From Antedon mediterranea (taxonomy: Eukaryota; Animalia; Echinodermata): a DNA stretch of 64,000 nucleotides. Numbering within the stretch: position 1 is the first letter of the stretch; each line of letters begins with the position of its first letter. The notes under the pieces are model-generated. The model searched no databases. It saw only the letters and a program-made list of their open reading frames with translations, and had not been told where the DNA came from. The position numbers and the translations under genes are program-made. This document shows positions 40,201-50,963 of the stretch, piece by piece. Location of the stretch: positions 1,669,812 through 1,733,811 of the forward strand of contig NC_092675.1 in assembly GCF_964355755.1 (NCBI RefSeq). The letters are read 5' to 3'.

Positions 40201-42542
40201 ATAGGTAGTTAGTAGTACCCTAGACTCAGCTCTTCATACCATCACTGCATTGATAGCACCCTAGACTCTCTTCATACCATCACTGCATTGATAGCACCCT
40301 AGACTCTCTTTATACCATCACTGCATTGATAGTTTTTTACATACTGTACCTATCCTCTGGTGCTAGTGAGAGTACATAATAAAACTATATCTACACTATC
40401 AAACTAGTTTGACAAAAACATTTTGATGTGCCCAAATATGGTAGTGATATGCTTAAATATGGTAGTGATATGACATCATCATGTCCATATATGTGCACAT
40501 CACATTTTTTGTTACGTCAAGTTTGATAGTATAGACAGAGATTAAGAAGAAATATAGAGACCCATATACTAATATACATGCAAGTGGTCGACGTATAGAC
40601 TTAAACATTCTGCAATATATGGATTTTAAACATAGAATCATTCTTTTTTTTGGCATGATCGCCATTAGCAACAGGCATACCATACATTGCATGGTCCTTT
40701 TTATATATTTTTCATTTCCTTTGCATTCTTTCCATTTCATGAAATATAGGAATATCAACTTTAACATTTAACAGGTATTATTATCATCATTTTATTATTA
40801 AGTGCATGTTTTATGTTGATAAATATAAACTAAAGTTTATAACTTAAAAGTTGAGGTGGCAGCTATCTTGAAGTGAACTTACAGTAAAATTCGTGAATAT
40901 TTGTATTAGTTTGGATGAAGATTAACCTGCTCATCTATCTCTTTATTTTGAATGCATTTCTTTTCAATTTAATTTGCTTTATACATGGAGAATCTCTAAC
41001 TTATTTCTCCATGCTTTATATTACTATGTAAAAGATCACTTTTGTACTTAGAAATTACTTTTTAGGATCAAATAACTTATGAGGCCTTAATAAAGTAGAA
41101 AAAAAGCAGCCTGAATAGAAGCGTGCTTTTAGTTCACAGAAATTGTAGAAATCATTTATTAACTGTCTGTCCTATTTTTAAAGATATTTCTTATATATTT
41201 TTCCTGTTTATTTTTATTTTGCTGTATACTTTGCTTTTTTGCATTTATTTTTCATATTTTTCTTGCTGTGTCTTTGTAATCAAATCCAATTCCAATCCTA
41301 CTTTTACATTTTCGCTTCTTACCCCAAAAACCATCTTGATAATGCTAATTTGTTTGCCAGACATTTTTTATTTCTGAATCAATTTGAGTCAGTTTTAGGA
41401 GTGGAGAAATGAAATAATAAACTGTCAAACCATTTCATTTATTGAACTATAATATATATATATATACAATAAATCCTTGAAAACAGAATGTGGGGTGGTG
41501 GGAGACGACTCATAAGGCTAGCATTATACATAGATTGTTTTGCATGGAAATTACTAAGTTGAAGTGGGCCTGCAACAGACAAATAATATCAAGTGAAACA
41601 TAAATTGTATCTTTACCATTCAGGCATTCATGGTAAAATTTAGTAAGATGCGCTTTGCCTTCTATATGATTAAAAGGGGAAATGGTATTTATTGAATTGG
41701 AAAGTTATAGGACAGTCCCAGATACCATTCATGTCCTTTTTAATACAAAAGAAAAGGCTAAAATGATTACTAGAACAGTTTCTGAATTATACTATTCAAT
41801 TCAATTCAAAGAACATTAATATTAACATCCAAAAGACAAAAGTAACAAAAAACAACAATGGCAAGAGATAATAAAGAAAATAGACGAAGCATCTTCTATT
41901 AAGGGGACACCTTGATGACCTAACCAAGTTCCCCTTCATAGGGTGACTCCTGAACTGGGGTTGGCTGTCATGTTATACAAATTTAATGCCCATTCCTTGA
42001 AAAATGTTACCTTATATGGGTTTCCCTTACATATAGGTGTCCCATATTACATATACTATCTATCAAGACATGCCCCTCCATTTAATTTATGTAAAAAAAC
42101 ATGGTAAAAACGGTTTAATTTATTTTTTCATTTGCTTTACTTTACGGTATTGTTATATTTTCAGAAGCAACAAAACTCCTTATACAATTCACAAGTTAAT
42201 ATGATGCCTCCACCTGTGCCGTTTGCATCCCAAGATCCCGTTGCCACTCCGTTCGGATCCTGGAATCCTGCAAACAATCTAAAGCTGAGGCATATTGAAA
42301 GACGGGATCCCGATAGAACAACTATTATTGCTACTTATAAAGTAAATCACAACGTGTCTGAAAAAACAAATGAAAAACATGACACAACGTCGATTAGCGA
42401 TTCGGGCGTGAACAGTGAACATGGGTCTCCTACGTCGCATTCACCGCAAGAGGGTAGTTTTAGTTCTGACGAGGTTGAGTCGGTTGAACCAAAAGAACAA
42501 TGGGGTGAAAATTTAGACAATGTACAGATTACAGCGTTGTGA
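16229..42542 (+). CDS. PCDH15: Protocadherin-15 / Cad99C-like cadherin (11 EC + MAD12-like + TM + cytoplasmic tail), multi-exon; signal-peptide exon not identified
   Basis: Phase-consistent GT-AG exons read by eye: 16229-16243, 16515-16568, 17128-17264, 17441-17494, 17740-17835, 18374-18478, 18841-18951, 19626-19772, 20259-20361, 21410-21522, 21871-22068, 22445-22585, 23537-23719, 25574-25776, 26187-26319, 26734-26816, 27338-27422, 27581-27709, 28195-28500, 28788-29003, 29240-29359, 29500-29613, 31092-31216, 31561-31670, 31956-32120, 32255-32385, 32549-32767, 33230-33456, 33734-33931 (TM YILIIIFACLLFIFTFLAIVVVYVSW), 34242-34256, 35019-35108, 35667-35714, 36353-36385, 37182-37220, 37948-37968, 38496-38532, 38845-38921, 39102-39603, 42165-42542. 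Cadherin motifs DxD, LDRE/LDYE and DxNDNxP recur. PCDH15 hallmarks: Cys pair in EC1; EC2 ELTP...NGQLQY..PNPDDP..LDYE..QATDRA..RSTTT..VLDGDD; Cys loop at the start of EC3 (FLCYKDDDRC); non-canonical EC5-6 (ILPTNDTNAP) and EC9-10 linkers; exactly 11 repeats; C-terminal class I PDZ motif ITAL*. Confidence 0.9.
17952..18176. mobile_element. MITE remnant with ~30-bp inverted repeats
   Basis: tccaggcttacgttatttcctgggtaggc is inverted relative to gcttatccaggtaaataacgaagcctgaa. Confidence 0.45.
20008..20178. repeat. 57-bp tandem repeat, ~3 copies
   Basis: gtatggtttaagcatggacctatttaagagtcacagttgtaactgatgtatagagaa repeated. Confidence 0.9.
20968..21355. repeat. Minisatellite of alternating 38/37-bp subunits (75-bp higher-order unit, ~5 copies)
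   Basis: caactagggattcttgatggtttgggccattacatcac alternates with caactagagggtcctaattgtttgggcatggtatcac. Confidence 0.9.
22638..22767. mobile_element. Degenerate hAT-like MITE (CAG.GG.GGATCCAG termini)
   Basis: cagggggtagatccag ... ctgaattcgctcctg; related ends at ~7240, 22212, 26462-26549, 36690, 58845 and 62504-62655. Confidence 0.45.
23895..25470. repeat. 31-bp minisatellite, ~50 copies, intronic
   Basis: Unit tactgaatatgcatgttttatttagattgat with point variants. Confidence 0.95.
25964..26098 (+). mobile_element. MITE family A copy (intronic)
   Basis: taa AGCTCTGTCTACACTATCAAACT start and family internal sequence. Confidence 0.75.
26912..27227. mobile_element. Harbinger-type MITE family B (GGTTCCCACTAG-type TIR), degenerate
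   Basis: agtgtggttctcactag ... ggaaaccacact with TWA flanks; related to 3045-3190 and the cluster at 49680-50130. Confidence 0.55.
28005..28155. repeat. AT-rich ~33-bp tandem repeat, ~4-5 copies
   Basis: tttataatattg(a/g)ttattgatattgattataga repeated. Confidence 0.8.
30059..30174 (-). mobile_element. MITE family A copy, internally deleted (intronic)
   Basis: Both TIRs are present. Confidence 0.75.
30510..30860 (+). mobile_element. 5S rRNA-derived (SINE3-type) composite SINE: 5S head, tRNA-like segment, CORE-like motif, 3' tail and A-rich end
   Basis: 30510-30629 is clearly 5S-like (tacggccatac..gttctcgtcagatcaccgaagttaagc..tggatgggagaccg..gtgctgta). It is followed by tggtgtaatggta and gggttcgagg boxes, ccttaggcaagatgctttaactctc, and an A-rich tail at 30829-30860. 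Confidence 0.8.
31374..31533 (+). mobile_element. ~160-bp dispersed repeat starting with a minimal hammerhead ribozyme core (Penelope-like pLTR fragment)
   Basis: CTGATGA-A-GGGC-tagtgtt-GCCC-GAAA-GC-TC; second copy at 51919-52083. Confidence 0.6.
33997..34111 (-). mobile_element. MITE family A copy with TTA target-site duplication
   Basis: tta AGCTCTGTCC...GTAGACAGAGCT tta. Confidence 0.75.
35217..35505. repeat. 12-bp quasi-palindromic satellite (TCAGATACTGTA)n, ~24 copies
   Basis: Direct reading; it generates the SDTV and QILY repeat ORFs. Confidence 0.95.
37443..37514 (+). pseudogene. tRNA-like sequence (tRNA pseudogene or SINE head)
   Basis: Acceptor ctcgg/ccgag, A-box tggtctagaggta, T-arm gtggg-tttgagt-cccac, poorly paired anticodon arm, T-run at ~37526. 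Confidence 0.5.
40215..40333. repeat. 38-bp tandem repeat, ~3 copies
   Basis: cactgcattgatagcaccctagactctcttcataccat repeated. Confidence 0.85.
40750..40764 (+). CDS. Candidate alternative terminal coding exon (EYQL*) of the PCDH15-like gene
   Basis: Long pyrimidine tract (~40696-40740), then tag|GAA TAT CAA CTT TAA in phase 0, matching the donor at 39603; possible donor cag|gtatta at 40774/40775. Confidence 0.35.
   Translation, partial: EYQL
41361..41387 (+). CDS. Candidate alternative terminal exon (TFFISESI*) of the PCDH15-like gene
   Basis: gctaat branch motif, then ttgtttgccag|ACA TTT TTT ATT TCT GAA TCA ATT TGA in phase 0; AATAAA about 30 nt downstream. Confidence 0.35.
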   Translation, partial: TFFISESI

Positions 42543-42848
42543 TATTGATTGATCAGTGGATGATGGATGCTTTCATCTCTTATTAATTATGTATTTAATA
42601 TTATTAATTCTGAATAAATTACATCCTTTCAGTTCTTATGATAGAATGATTGATTCATTAATTTCAATAATTAGTAGTTAGGTTTATTATTTATTAATTG
42701 ATGGTCAAACTACAAATATTGATTACACGCAAAAATTAGTGAGTTTCGCACACACTTGTCAAGTTAGTGTTTTTGTGAAAAATAAATATAGAAAGCATGT
42801 TTAAATTTTAGCCACATTTTAACTATAATATGTATTGTGTTTCAGGTG

Positions 42849-43142
42849 CAGTAGAACCCCTATTAAGGGGATACGTTTAAAGTTCTGTTTACACTATCAG
42901 ACTTTATGTGACAAAAAAATGTGATGTGCCCAAATATGGAAGTTATATGCACAAATATGGTAGTGCTATTACATCATCTTGTCCATAAATGGGCACATCA
43001 CATTTGTTGTCAAATAGAGTTTGATAGTGTAAACAGAGTTTAAGACCAACAAGTGTCCTCTGAATAGTAGTTGTATAGTTATATATACATATTTCCTCTT
43101 GTTCATTCACATCAAAGTTTCCCCCTAATAGTGTTCTACTGT
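42849..43142. mobile_element. Tc1/mariner-type MITE (CAGTAGAAC termini) with a family A MITE nested inside (42881-43040), in the probable PCDH15 3' UTR
   Basis: cagtagaacccctattaagggg ... cccctaatagtgttctactg; related fragments at ~18530-18592, 41890-42050 and 46950-47015. Confidence 0.6.
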
Positions 43143-43604
43143 GTGGTATATTCAATTGATGGCAACTACTCAAAAGTTATATAATAAAACAATATTTAAT
43201 TTATAAAGTACAGTATTTAAGTTGTTTAATTTATTTCATTATATAAATGTAAATTGAAAGTGCAATTAAATAATTTGTCCAAATTTATATTATGAAATCT
43301 TCCATCCATTGTAATAATTATTTATTATAAAATTAATCATTATATTATTATCCGCATTAAAACCTGTGTGGTTTTGTGTAATTATTATTCTGAAAGAGTG
43401 AATAATATAAGTCCTAATATAAGACATCTATTTGTTTACATTATTTATAGTAATTAATTTAAAAAAAAAACAATACATTCCAAATATCAGGAATATCAAT
43501 GTCTGATTTTTTTAAATATTAAAGTAGTGGAACAGGACAAATGCAGCTAAGATGAGATTGTATATTTATAAAAAATCTATTACCTTGATAATAATTAAAT
43601 AAAA

Positions 43605-46600
43605 CTAGATTTAATTCGTCACTATGACGAATTATAGGTTATATGCATTGATTTAAATAAAGATAATTGATTTTTAAAAGATATATTGATTGATTGATTT
43701 TCTCAGAATCTTTAATTATTTATAATATATGATAGGACCTTGCTAACGCGAACACCATAGCCGGTATCACAATCCGATCAAAGATCCATATGCGTATAAT
43801 GTCATAAACCACATTTGTTGTTACATAATAATAAAGACATAAGTAAATTTTTATCTAGATTTCATTATAAATCATGTGTATAATCTATACACTAAGAAAT
43901 AAATTTGAACAAACAATACGGATAATAAAAAAAAAATCTTATTTCGTTTCCCAAGGTGAGACTCGATCTCGGTACCTTGAATGCCATAGACACGAGCACA
44001 GACCACCGAGCCGTACACAACTGACTAAAAGTTGTAGAAAAATTCCTCCGTGTATTTACTATGCAGTAACCACTTTGATGCAAATAGATTATTACATACT
44101 GAAATGAATTATAATTTTTTACTATGATGACATCTTTAAAATGTATACAAATGATGCACTGTCAAACTACATACTTTTAACTTTAATATATGAATTTTTG
44201 AAGGAAGAAAGTTAATGTTAAGTTTGTTATTTTGGCCTAAGAAAATGTCATAATTTGTTTGATTGTCGAAATTATGTTTTTTTAATTTAATATGCAATTA
44301 ATGATGACTTAATCAACTTTTGTTCTCTTAATTTGATAATAAATCATACATATGATACATACACTTCAAGAAAATGAAATAAAAAATAGGTGTTCCCCTG
44401 CATTCTGACGATATATATTAATTTTAAAATTTAGCATATTTTCACCATTTTGTTAACTTATACGTGCGTAGCCAGTCACTTTTGACGTGCTCGTATAACG
44501 CAATTTCGAGTTGAAACCTGAATCAAATATGATGATATTATTAAAGAAAGATTGTAAAACAGAAATCGGGCAAAAAGAGTGCGCATTAACGTTTAACGCG
44601 CAGTGCGCGTGCAAAAATCTGCGCACTCATGGCAATTTTTTAAACGCTTAAAATTGCCTGAAACGTACTCTAATTTCATCGAAAATAAATTTTGACAATT
44701 TTGAACATTTTAAGCGCGCGTACGCAAGCGTTATATGCGCTACGCACGTAATTTAATTGCCATATGATGAAATATGACCTGAAATTTATGAGTACCAAAT
44801 TTTGTTTAATTGTGATTCATGCTTGTGAAGATATGATTACAAACGTGATTTCGTAAAATCGCGCGTAGACCGCGTAATTTTTGATTACGCATCGTGAAAA
44901 TATAACCACATCGATTCCTGGCCATAAGGAATATACTCTGAAAACTTGACTTAGCTAGATGAAACTGATGCCAAGATAATGCACGGACAAAATAGTGCTA
45001 AGGAAAGAATAAATAAACTAGAACTTAAACTCGTCACTTGAGGACGAGTTTGGTTATCCGCCAGCAACAAAGCGTATCTTGCGTATTCAAGTACTTCCAA
45101 GTTATGACTTTTCCAAAAAAAGTAGGCTATTCAAAATTAAAACTGCCCTCTCAGTGTAATAACCAACTAAACCCTTTTAATTAATTGTTTTCCCGTGACG
45201 GGACTCGAACCCGGTACCTCTGATACCAAAGTCGGTTGCATTACACATCGAGCCATATGACCACCTGCTGACGAAAATCCGAAGAAAGAGTCCTCGTTCA
45301 TTCGGTATGTCGTGAACCCCCTCGATGCAAGTTGATTATTACATATCAAACTTAAATCATAAATTTTACTATGATGAAATCTTCAAAAATTTTAAACGCT
45401 GATATTTTATGAAAGTACATACTTTCAAGTTTTATATATTAACATGTAAAGAAAAAAGATAAATGTTATGTTTATTGTTTTGCTCTTTGAATAAGTTTAT
45501 GTTTGTTTGATGATAAATATTTCAAAAATTATATTTAATATGCAAATAATGTAGCCATCAAACACGTTTTAGCATTCAACACTATAATAAATCAGACCTA
45601 TGATTCATACACTGCAAGAAATTAAAATAAAAAATGGGGGTAACCTTGCATTCTGATGAACTGTGTCATTTTTAAAAGTAGACATATTTTGGAACATTTT
45701 CACAATTTGTTGACGTTTTCGTGCGCAACCTGTCATGTTTAACGTGCTCGTAGAACGCCATTTCAAGTTGAAAAGTGAATAAAATAACGTAAAATTGTTA
45801 ACAGAAGATTTAAAAACACAAATCGTGTAAAAGAAATGCTCATACCTGTTCCCTGCGCCGTGCGCGCGTAAAAATGTGCGCACCAGTGGCAATTTTTTAA
45901 ACGCTTAAAATGACCTGAATCGTGCTCTAATTTAATCAGAAATTGATTTGAAGCATTTTAAAATTTCAAACGCCATTTACGCGCGCACTTTCTAATGTTA
46001 CAAATTGCGATAGCGTTAAAAAAGTTAACTATTGATGTGAAGCAAACGTGGCTGAAAATGACGTTAAAAAATATTCATTTGTTTCGAAGTTATAACCAAT
46101 TTAAGATTTTCAGAAAATCACGCGTAACTTACGCTACGCGGCTCTGACATCGTCAAAAAGCTTGGCTGGACAACTTCAGTAAAATGTCTATATGTTGAAC
46201 AAGTTACAAAATGTTATGTTAACGCGTTACAGAGAAACAGCGTGCACAAATTAGGAGCATTTTAAAATTTCAAACGCAGTTTACGCGCAGACTTTCTAGT
46301 GTTCAAAAATTTGCTGAAGAGCGAAAAAGTTAGCCATTGATGTGAAGAAAACGTGGCTGAAAATTTCGTTAAAAAATATTTATCGGTTTCGAAGTTATGA
46401 CCGATTTAAGATTTTCAGAAAATCGCGCGTAACTTACGCTACGCGGATCTGACATTGTCAAAAAGCTTCGCAGTACATCTTCAGTTAATTGTCTATATGT
46501 TGACCAAGTTACAAAATGTTATGTTAACACGTTCAAGAGAAAACGCGTACACAAAATCGGAGAAAGAAAGAAGAATAATAAAAAAAAAAAGTAACACTAC

Positions 46601-46705
46601 AATAACAAAGGTTATCCGCTTGAGGCGGATAACCAATAAATAAATAAATAAATAAAGATTTTGACAGAATCAAGAGGTTATATGCATATCATGCATATAA
46701 CCTAA
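43605..46705 (-). mobile_element. Non-autonomous Helentron/Helitron2-type element A, interrupted by element B
   Basis: One end is the palindrome AGGTTATATGCAT-atc-ATGCATATAACCT (46675-46703). The other end has subTIR AGGTTATATGCA (43636-43647), hairpin AATTCGTCA-cta-TGACGAATT and terminal CTAG next to an A/T run. Confidence 0.7.
45018..46636 (-). mobile_element. Non-autonomous Helentron-type element B nested in element A
   Basis: CTAG (45018), hairpin AAACTCGTC..GACGAGTTT and subTIR GGTTATCCGCC (45052-45062); other end GGTTATCCGCT-tga-GGCGGATAACC (46610-46634). Inserted in an (AAAT)n tract without TSD; internal ~304-bp duplication at 45953-46560. Confidence 0.72.
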
Positions 46706-47149
46706 TAATTATGTAGACAACCTTTCTGAAAATGCTAATTTTAAATACTGTATCTTTTTTATAATGGAATATAATATGTGTATTGCCAATTTGCTATTTA
46801 AAATGATATGCGAATACACAATATTTTGAATAGCTATATAATATATTATTATTATTATTGTTTTATCCTATTTATTTAAGTGAAAATATATTGAATTTGC
46901 TGAGAAGTCTATAATAATTCTCTACATATACAAATTTAGAACCACTTTGGTTTCCCCTTGTTGTTTGTTTCACACTGTGTACCCTTAATATGGGTGTCCC
47001 AAAGGAGCGGTTCTAGTCTAAAGGTACATTTACACCCGGAGTAGTTCAATTGATCCAGTTTTCTTCTTCGTTTTAGTAAAATGTATTTGTTGGGTTAAGC
47101 CTCAAGTTGGGTCAGCTCCCTGGTTGAATATACTAGACGAAAAAATTGA

Positions 47150-47445
47150 TAGGGTTGCTGGGGGCCTAAAATAATGGTGGGGTGTGCTGGGGGTGTAAAA
47201 TGATGGATTTTAACGGGGAGGCTCTATAATGATGGGGTGTGTGTTGGGGTCTAAAAAGATGGGTTTTGATGGGGGTAAAGAGATGGGGTTTGTTAAAAAA
47301 TGAGGTTACTAGGACTCTAGCATGATAGGATTCGCTGAAGGTCTAAAATGATGGGTTTTGATGGGGGTAAAAAGATGGGGTTCGTTAAAAAATGAGGTTA
47401 CTAGGGGTCTAGCGTGATGAGATTCGCTGAAGGTCTAAAATGATG
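47150..47445. repeat. Degenerate G-rich repeat region including a ~92-bp tandem duplication
   Basis: gatgggttttgatgggggtaaa..aaaatgaggttactagg..gattcgctgaaggtctaaaatgat occurs twice. Confidence 0.7.
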
Positions 47446-49679
47446 CGATGAGTGCTCGGCTTTACCTACTGTTGGCATTGGTTTTCAAAGTTTTGGAAAA
47501 TAGTGATGCCATTTGATATAGCCCTACATGCTTATATTCTTGCAGTTTATAATAGGTACCGTACTTTCAAATATCCCCCCTCTCCCCAACACTCTCTCCT
47601 ATCCCCTTCTCCCCCACCCCACCACGATTCAAGACTGTCTAATATTAGGAATATCTCAAGTGGTGATTTAAGGGAACAAACATGTGTGCCTTATATAATA
47701 TTTAATAATAATAATAATAATATTATTACAAAATGTAACTTTGGTCTCATTTTATTTATATGAGGCACCAAATGTATCCTATTTTAATGAGTTGTTTTTT
47801 CGATTTTTTTAAACATTATTTTGTTTTTACATAAACTTGTCAATTTTATAAATGCAATTGAAAATAATGTAATATATGGTTAGCAATTATGAAGTGTATA
47901 ATATTTTCTTTATTTTATATTAAACTGCAAACTGTATAGTTAGCAGCGCAGAAGTAACATTAGATTTTATTACGTACAGTAGACATACATTAGATTTTAT
48001 TACGTACAGTAGACATACATTTTGATTAAGAAACTTTATTTAATTTCTTAGTTATATTCACGTTTTATGCACTAACAACAGTTAGTGATGACGCGTTAAT
48101 AATTGTTAAATACGTTTGATGCTTTGAATGAATAAGAAACGCTGTATTGCGTCAACATTGGTTAATCATTCCATGGATGGACCTACGTAGTCTGGGCTCC
48201 GGACGGAGTGTTTTCTTAATATTAGTAAAAATATAAATATTTTTGCACATATGGCGTTTCATACGTGTATTACTTGAGTTTCGCGGTCGAAATAAAAAAA
48301 AAAAATAAAAAAAAAATACAATACAGACTTGGGGCAAGTCTAGGACCTATGTAATTTATAGGTCCATGCTCATTCGAAACGCGTGTAGAGATGAATAAGA
48401 AACGCTATATTGCGTCAACATTGGTTACTCGTTCGAAACGCGTTTTCAAGTTTTGAATCATATTATATACGCCTTTCTACCGTCTACTTCACAGATGATC
48501 ATGGTCTAAAGTTCAAACTTTATGTGACAAAACAATGTGATGTGGCCATATATTGACATGATGATGTCCTATAACTACCATATTTGGGTATATCACTACC
48601 ATTATTTGGGCACATCACACTAGTGTGATATTGTAGACAGAGCTTAATGTTAGTGCACAGGCCAAAATCGTTGGTTCAAGTATTTTAATTCAGTTGACTA
48701 GTCAAGTACTTGGAAAATCAGCGAAAGTTTTATATAATAAACAATTACAAATCCTATCCCACCAATTGATTACGCTAGTTGGAATAGGGTTGTTCGTAAG
48801 TTTTGTACAGCAATGTACAATTATTGTAGAAATATGTGTTTCCAATTGATTTGAACACAAATTATTTATCTATATAAAGTTACAATACTTTTATTTTAAA
48901 AAATCAATTTGAGATTGGTCCATTAAATTGTTTGTCTAATGATAAGTTTTTGTATGTTTTATTTTTGTTGGATGTTTCAAATACGCAATGTTGGGTCGTT
49001 TAGAACAGTGGCAACAATTCACGGGAACATTAATAACTGAACAAATAAGAAATAACCACAGCGCCACCTATTTTAACCGACGGACCAACTCGAGAGAATT
49101 GCACGTCACGCGCGGTTATTTAACTATGGCGCGCCAAGCTGTCATTTATTCAAATAAATTTAACCTATCAGGATAATTATAATATAATAATAATAATAAT
49201 AAGATTTTTATAGCGCACATACCACTCCAGAGTGCTCAAGGCGCATTTAAAAATAAAAAAGAAATAAATCATACAAATTCCTGACAAATAAAATGCAATT
49301 TCTTTGTCGTTCTGTCGCGGTCCCAGACCCCTACCTAGGTGACCAAACAAAGGAGCAGGATACACATTTGCCTTGTTATTTATATAATTATCCCGATATC
49401 TTTTCCAAAATGTTTAAAGCCGTGTTTTTCCATAAAATAAATAGACCTAAAAATAGTAACGGCTATCTTTTTTTTCTGTGAAAAAAATAAATTGGGGATT
49501 TTTACGCGCCCGTCAAACGCTGAGCAAAAATGCCTACTAAATAAATGCACAAGGTTCCCCAATTCCCGAACACGGAGAGAAGGCCTACGTATAAAAAAAC
49601 AACCGCGTATTATACCGCATTTATTATTTTGAGAGGATGTATAGACATTTCTCTGATATAGGAGGCCTACATGAGATTG

Positions 49680-50130
49680 AAATTAGGACACAACGCAAGG
49701 ACGTACGCAAGCGAGTTGACCCATGACAATCCACTGTTCGAATAATCCATCGCTTGTGATTGGAAGCGTGGTTCCCACTGGCGACGCAACGCAAGGACGT
49801 AACGCAAAGCAAGTGAATTGACCAATCGCCGCAAAGCTTGGTTCCCACTAGAACGTAACGCAAGGATGTAAACGCAACGCAAGCCATCGCTTGTGATTGG
49901 TCAATTCACTTGCGTTGCGTTACGTCCTTGCGTTGCGTCGCTAGTGGGAACCACGCTTAAATCAATTGCGTTGCGTTACGTTCTTACTTGCTGTCTATAA
50001 CTTCGCTTGTCATTGGTTAAAACGCTTGCGTTGCGTTTACGTCCTTGCGTTACGTTCTAGTGGGAACCAAGCTTTAAAATCTACGTTGCGTTACGTCCTT
50101 GCGTTATGTCGGTAGTGGGAACCAAGCTGT
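49680..50130. mobile_element. Cluster of MITE family B ends forming interleaved inverted repeats
   Basis: Multiple GGTTCCCACT / AGTGGGAACC ends with ACGCAA and TTGCGT subrepeats. Confidence 0.7.
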
Positions 50131-50963
50131 ACACGCGTTCCCGGTAACGCACTTACGCTACGAGTAGATTCTCTATGGTTACTATCTTGTTGCCACGGAA
50201 ACGCACTTAGAGCAGGATTTAAGTCCCAATTGACGTGTACAGTGTCTTACTAACTACAGTATACTAACGCATAGATCATTCTCATACGAACAATAAATTT
50301 AAAGAATCAAAGGCTTTTCATAAGTATACCATCCTAATTTAAATATTCCAAAAATAAAGGCAAACAACATGAGATTGCTGCTCTTTCAGTGAACCCGTGG
50401 GATTATGCCAATATAATCATGCTAAATACGACTAGTCCTTGTATTATTTTCTCATTTATATAATTTTCAACATAAAAAAGAAAATATAATAATATTAAAA
50501 ATGTAATTTGACTGGAATATGACGTCATAATTGTATTTATCTATTTTTAATATGGAATGTTGAAAAATAAGTTTTATTATTCGTGAAATTTTATTCATTA
50601 CATCGGTATGACTTTATAATCATTCATTTAGCGTGATAACACGCATTGTTTAAAATAGGGCTTTGTCAAGCGGGTGGAATTGAATCATAGTTGTTTACTG
50701 CGTACTACGACCATTTATTTTAACGGAATTGCGCATATTTGCATATGAATAGTGGAGGCAATTTCACACTAAACTCTCCGCCGCCAGCCAGCAGAAATCC
50801 TTGTTTATGTTCATACGCTGCACAAAGGGAGCCATATTGTGCGATCGTAACATAGATAAATCGCAAAAACCGGTCCATTTTTATCAAGGAAACTACTTTT
50901 GTGATATTTTATTAGCACATGGTGTTAAAGGAGGCAGAGGGAATGGAAAGCTGACCAGGCAGG

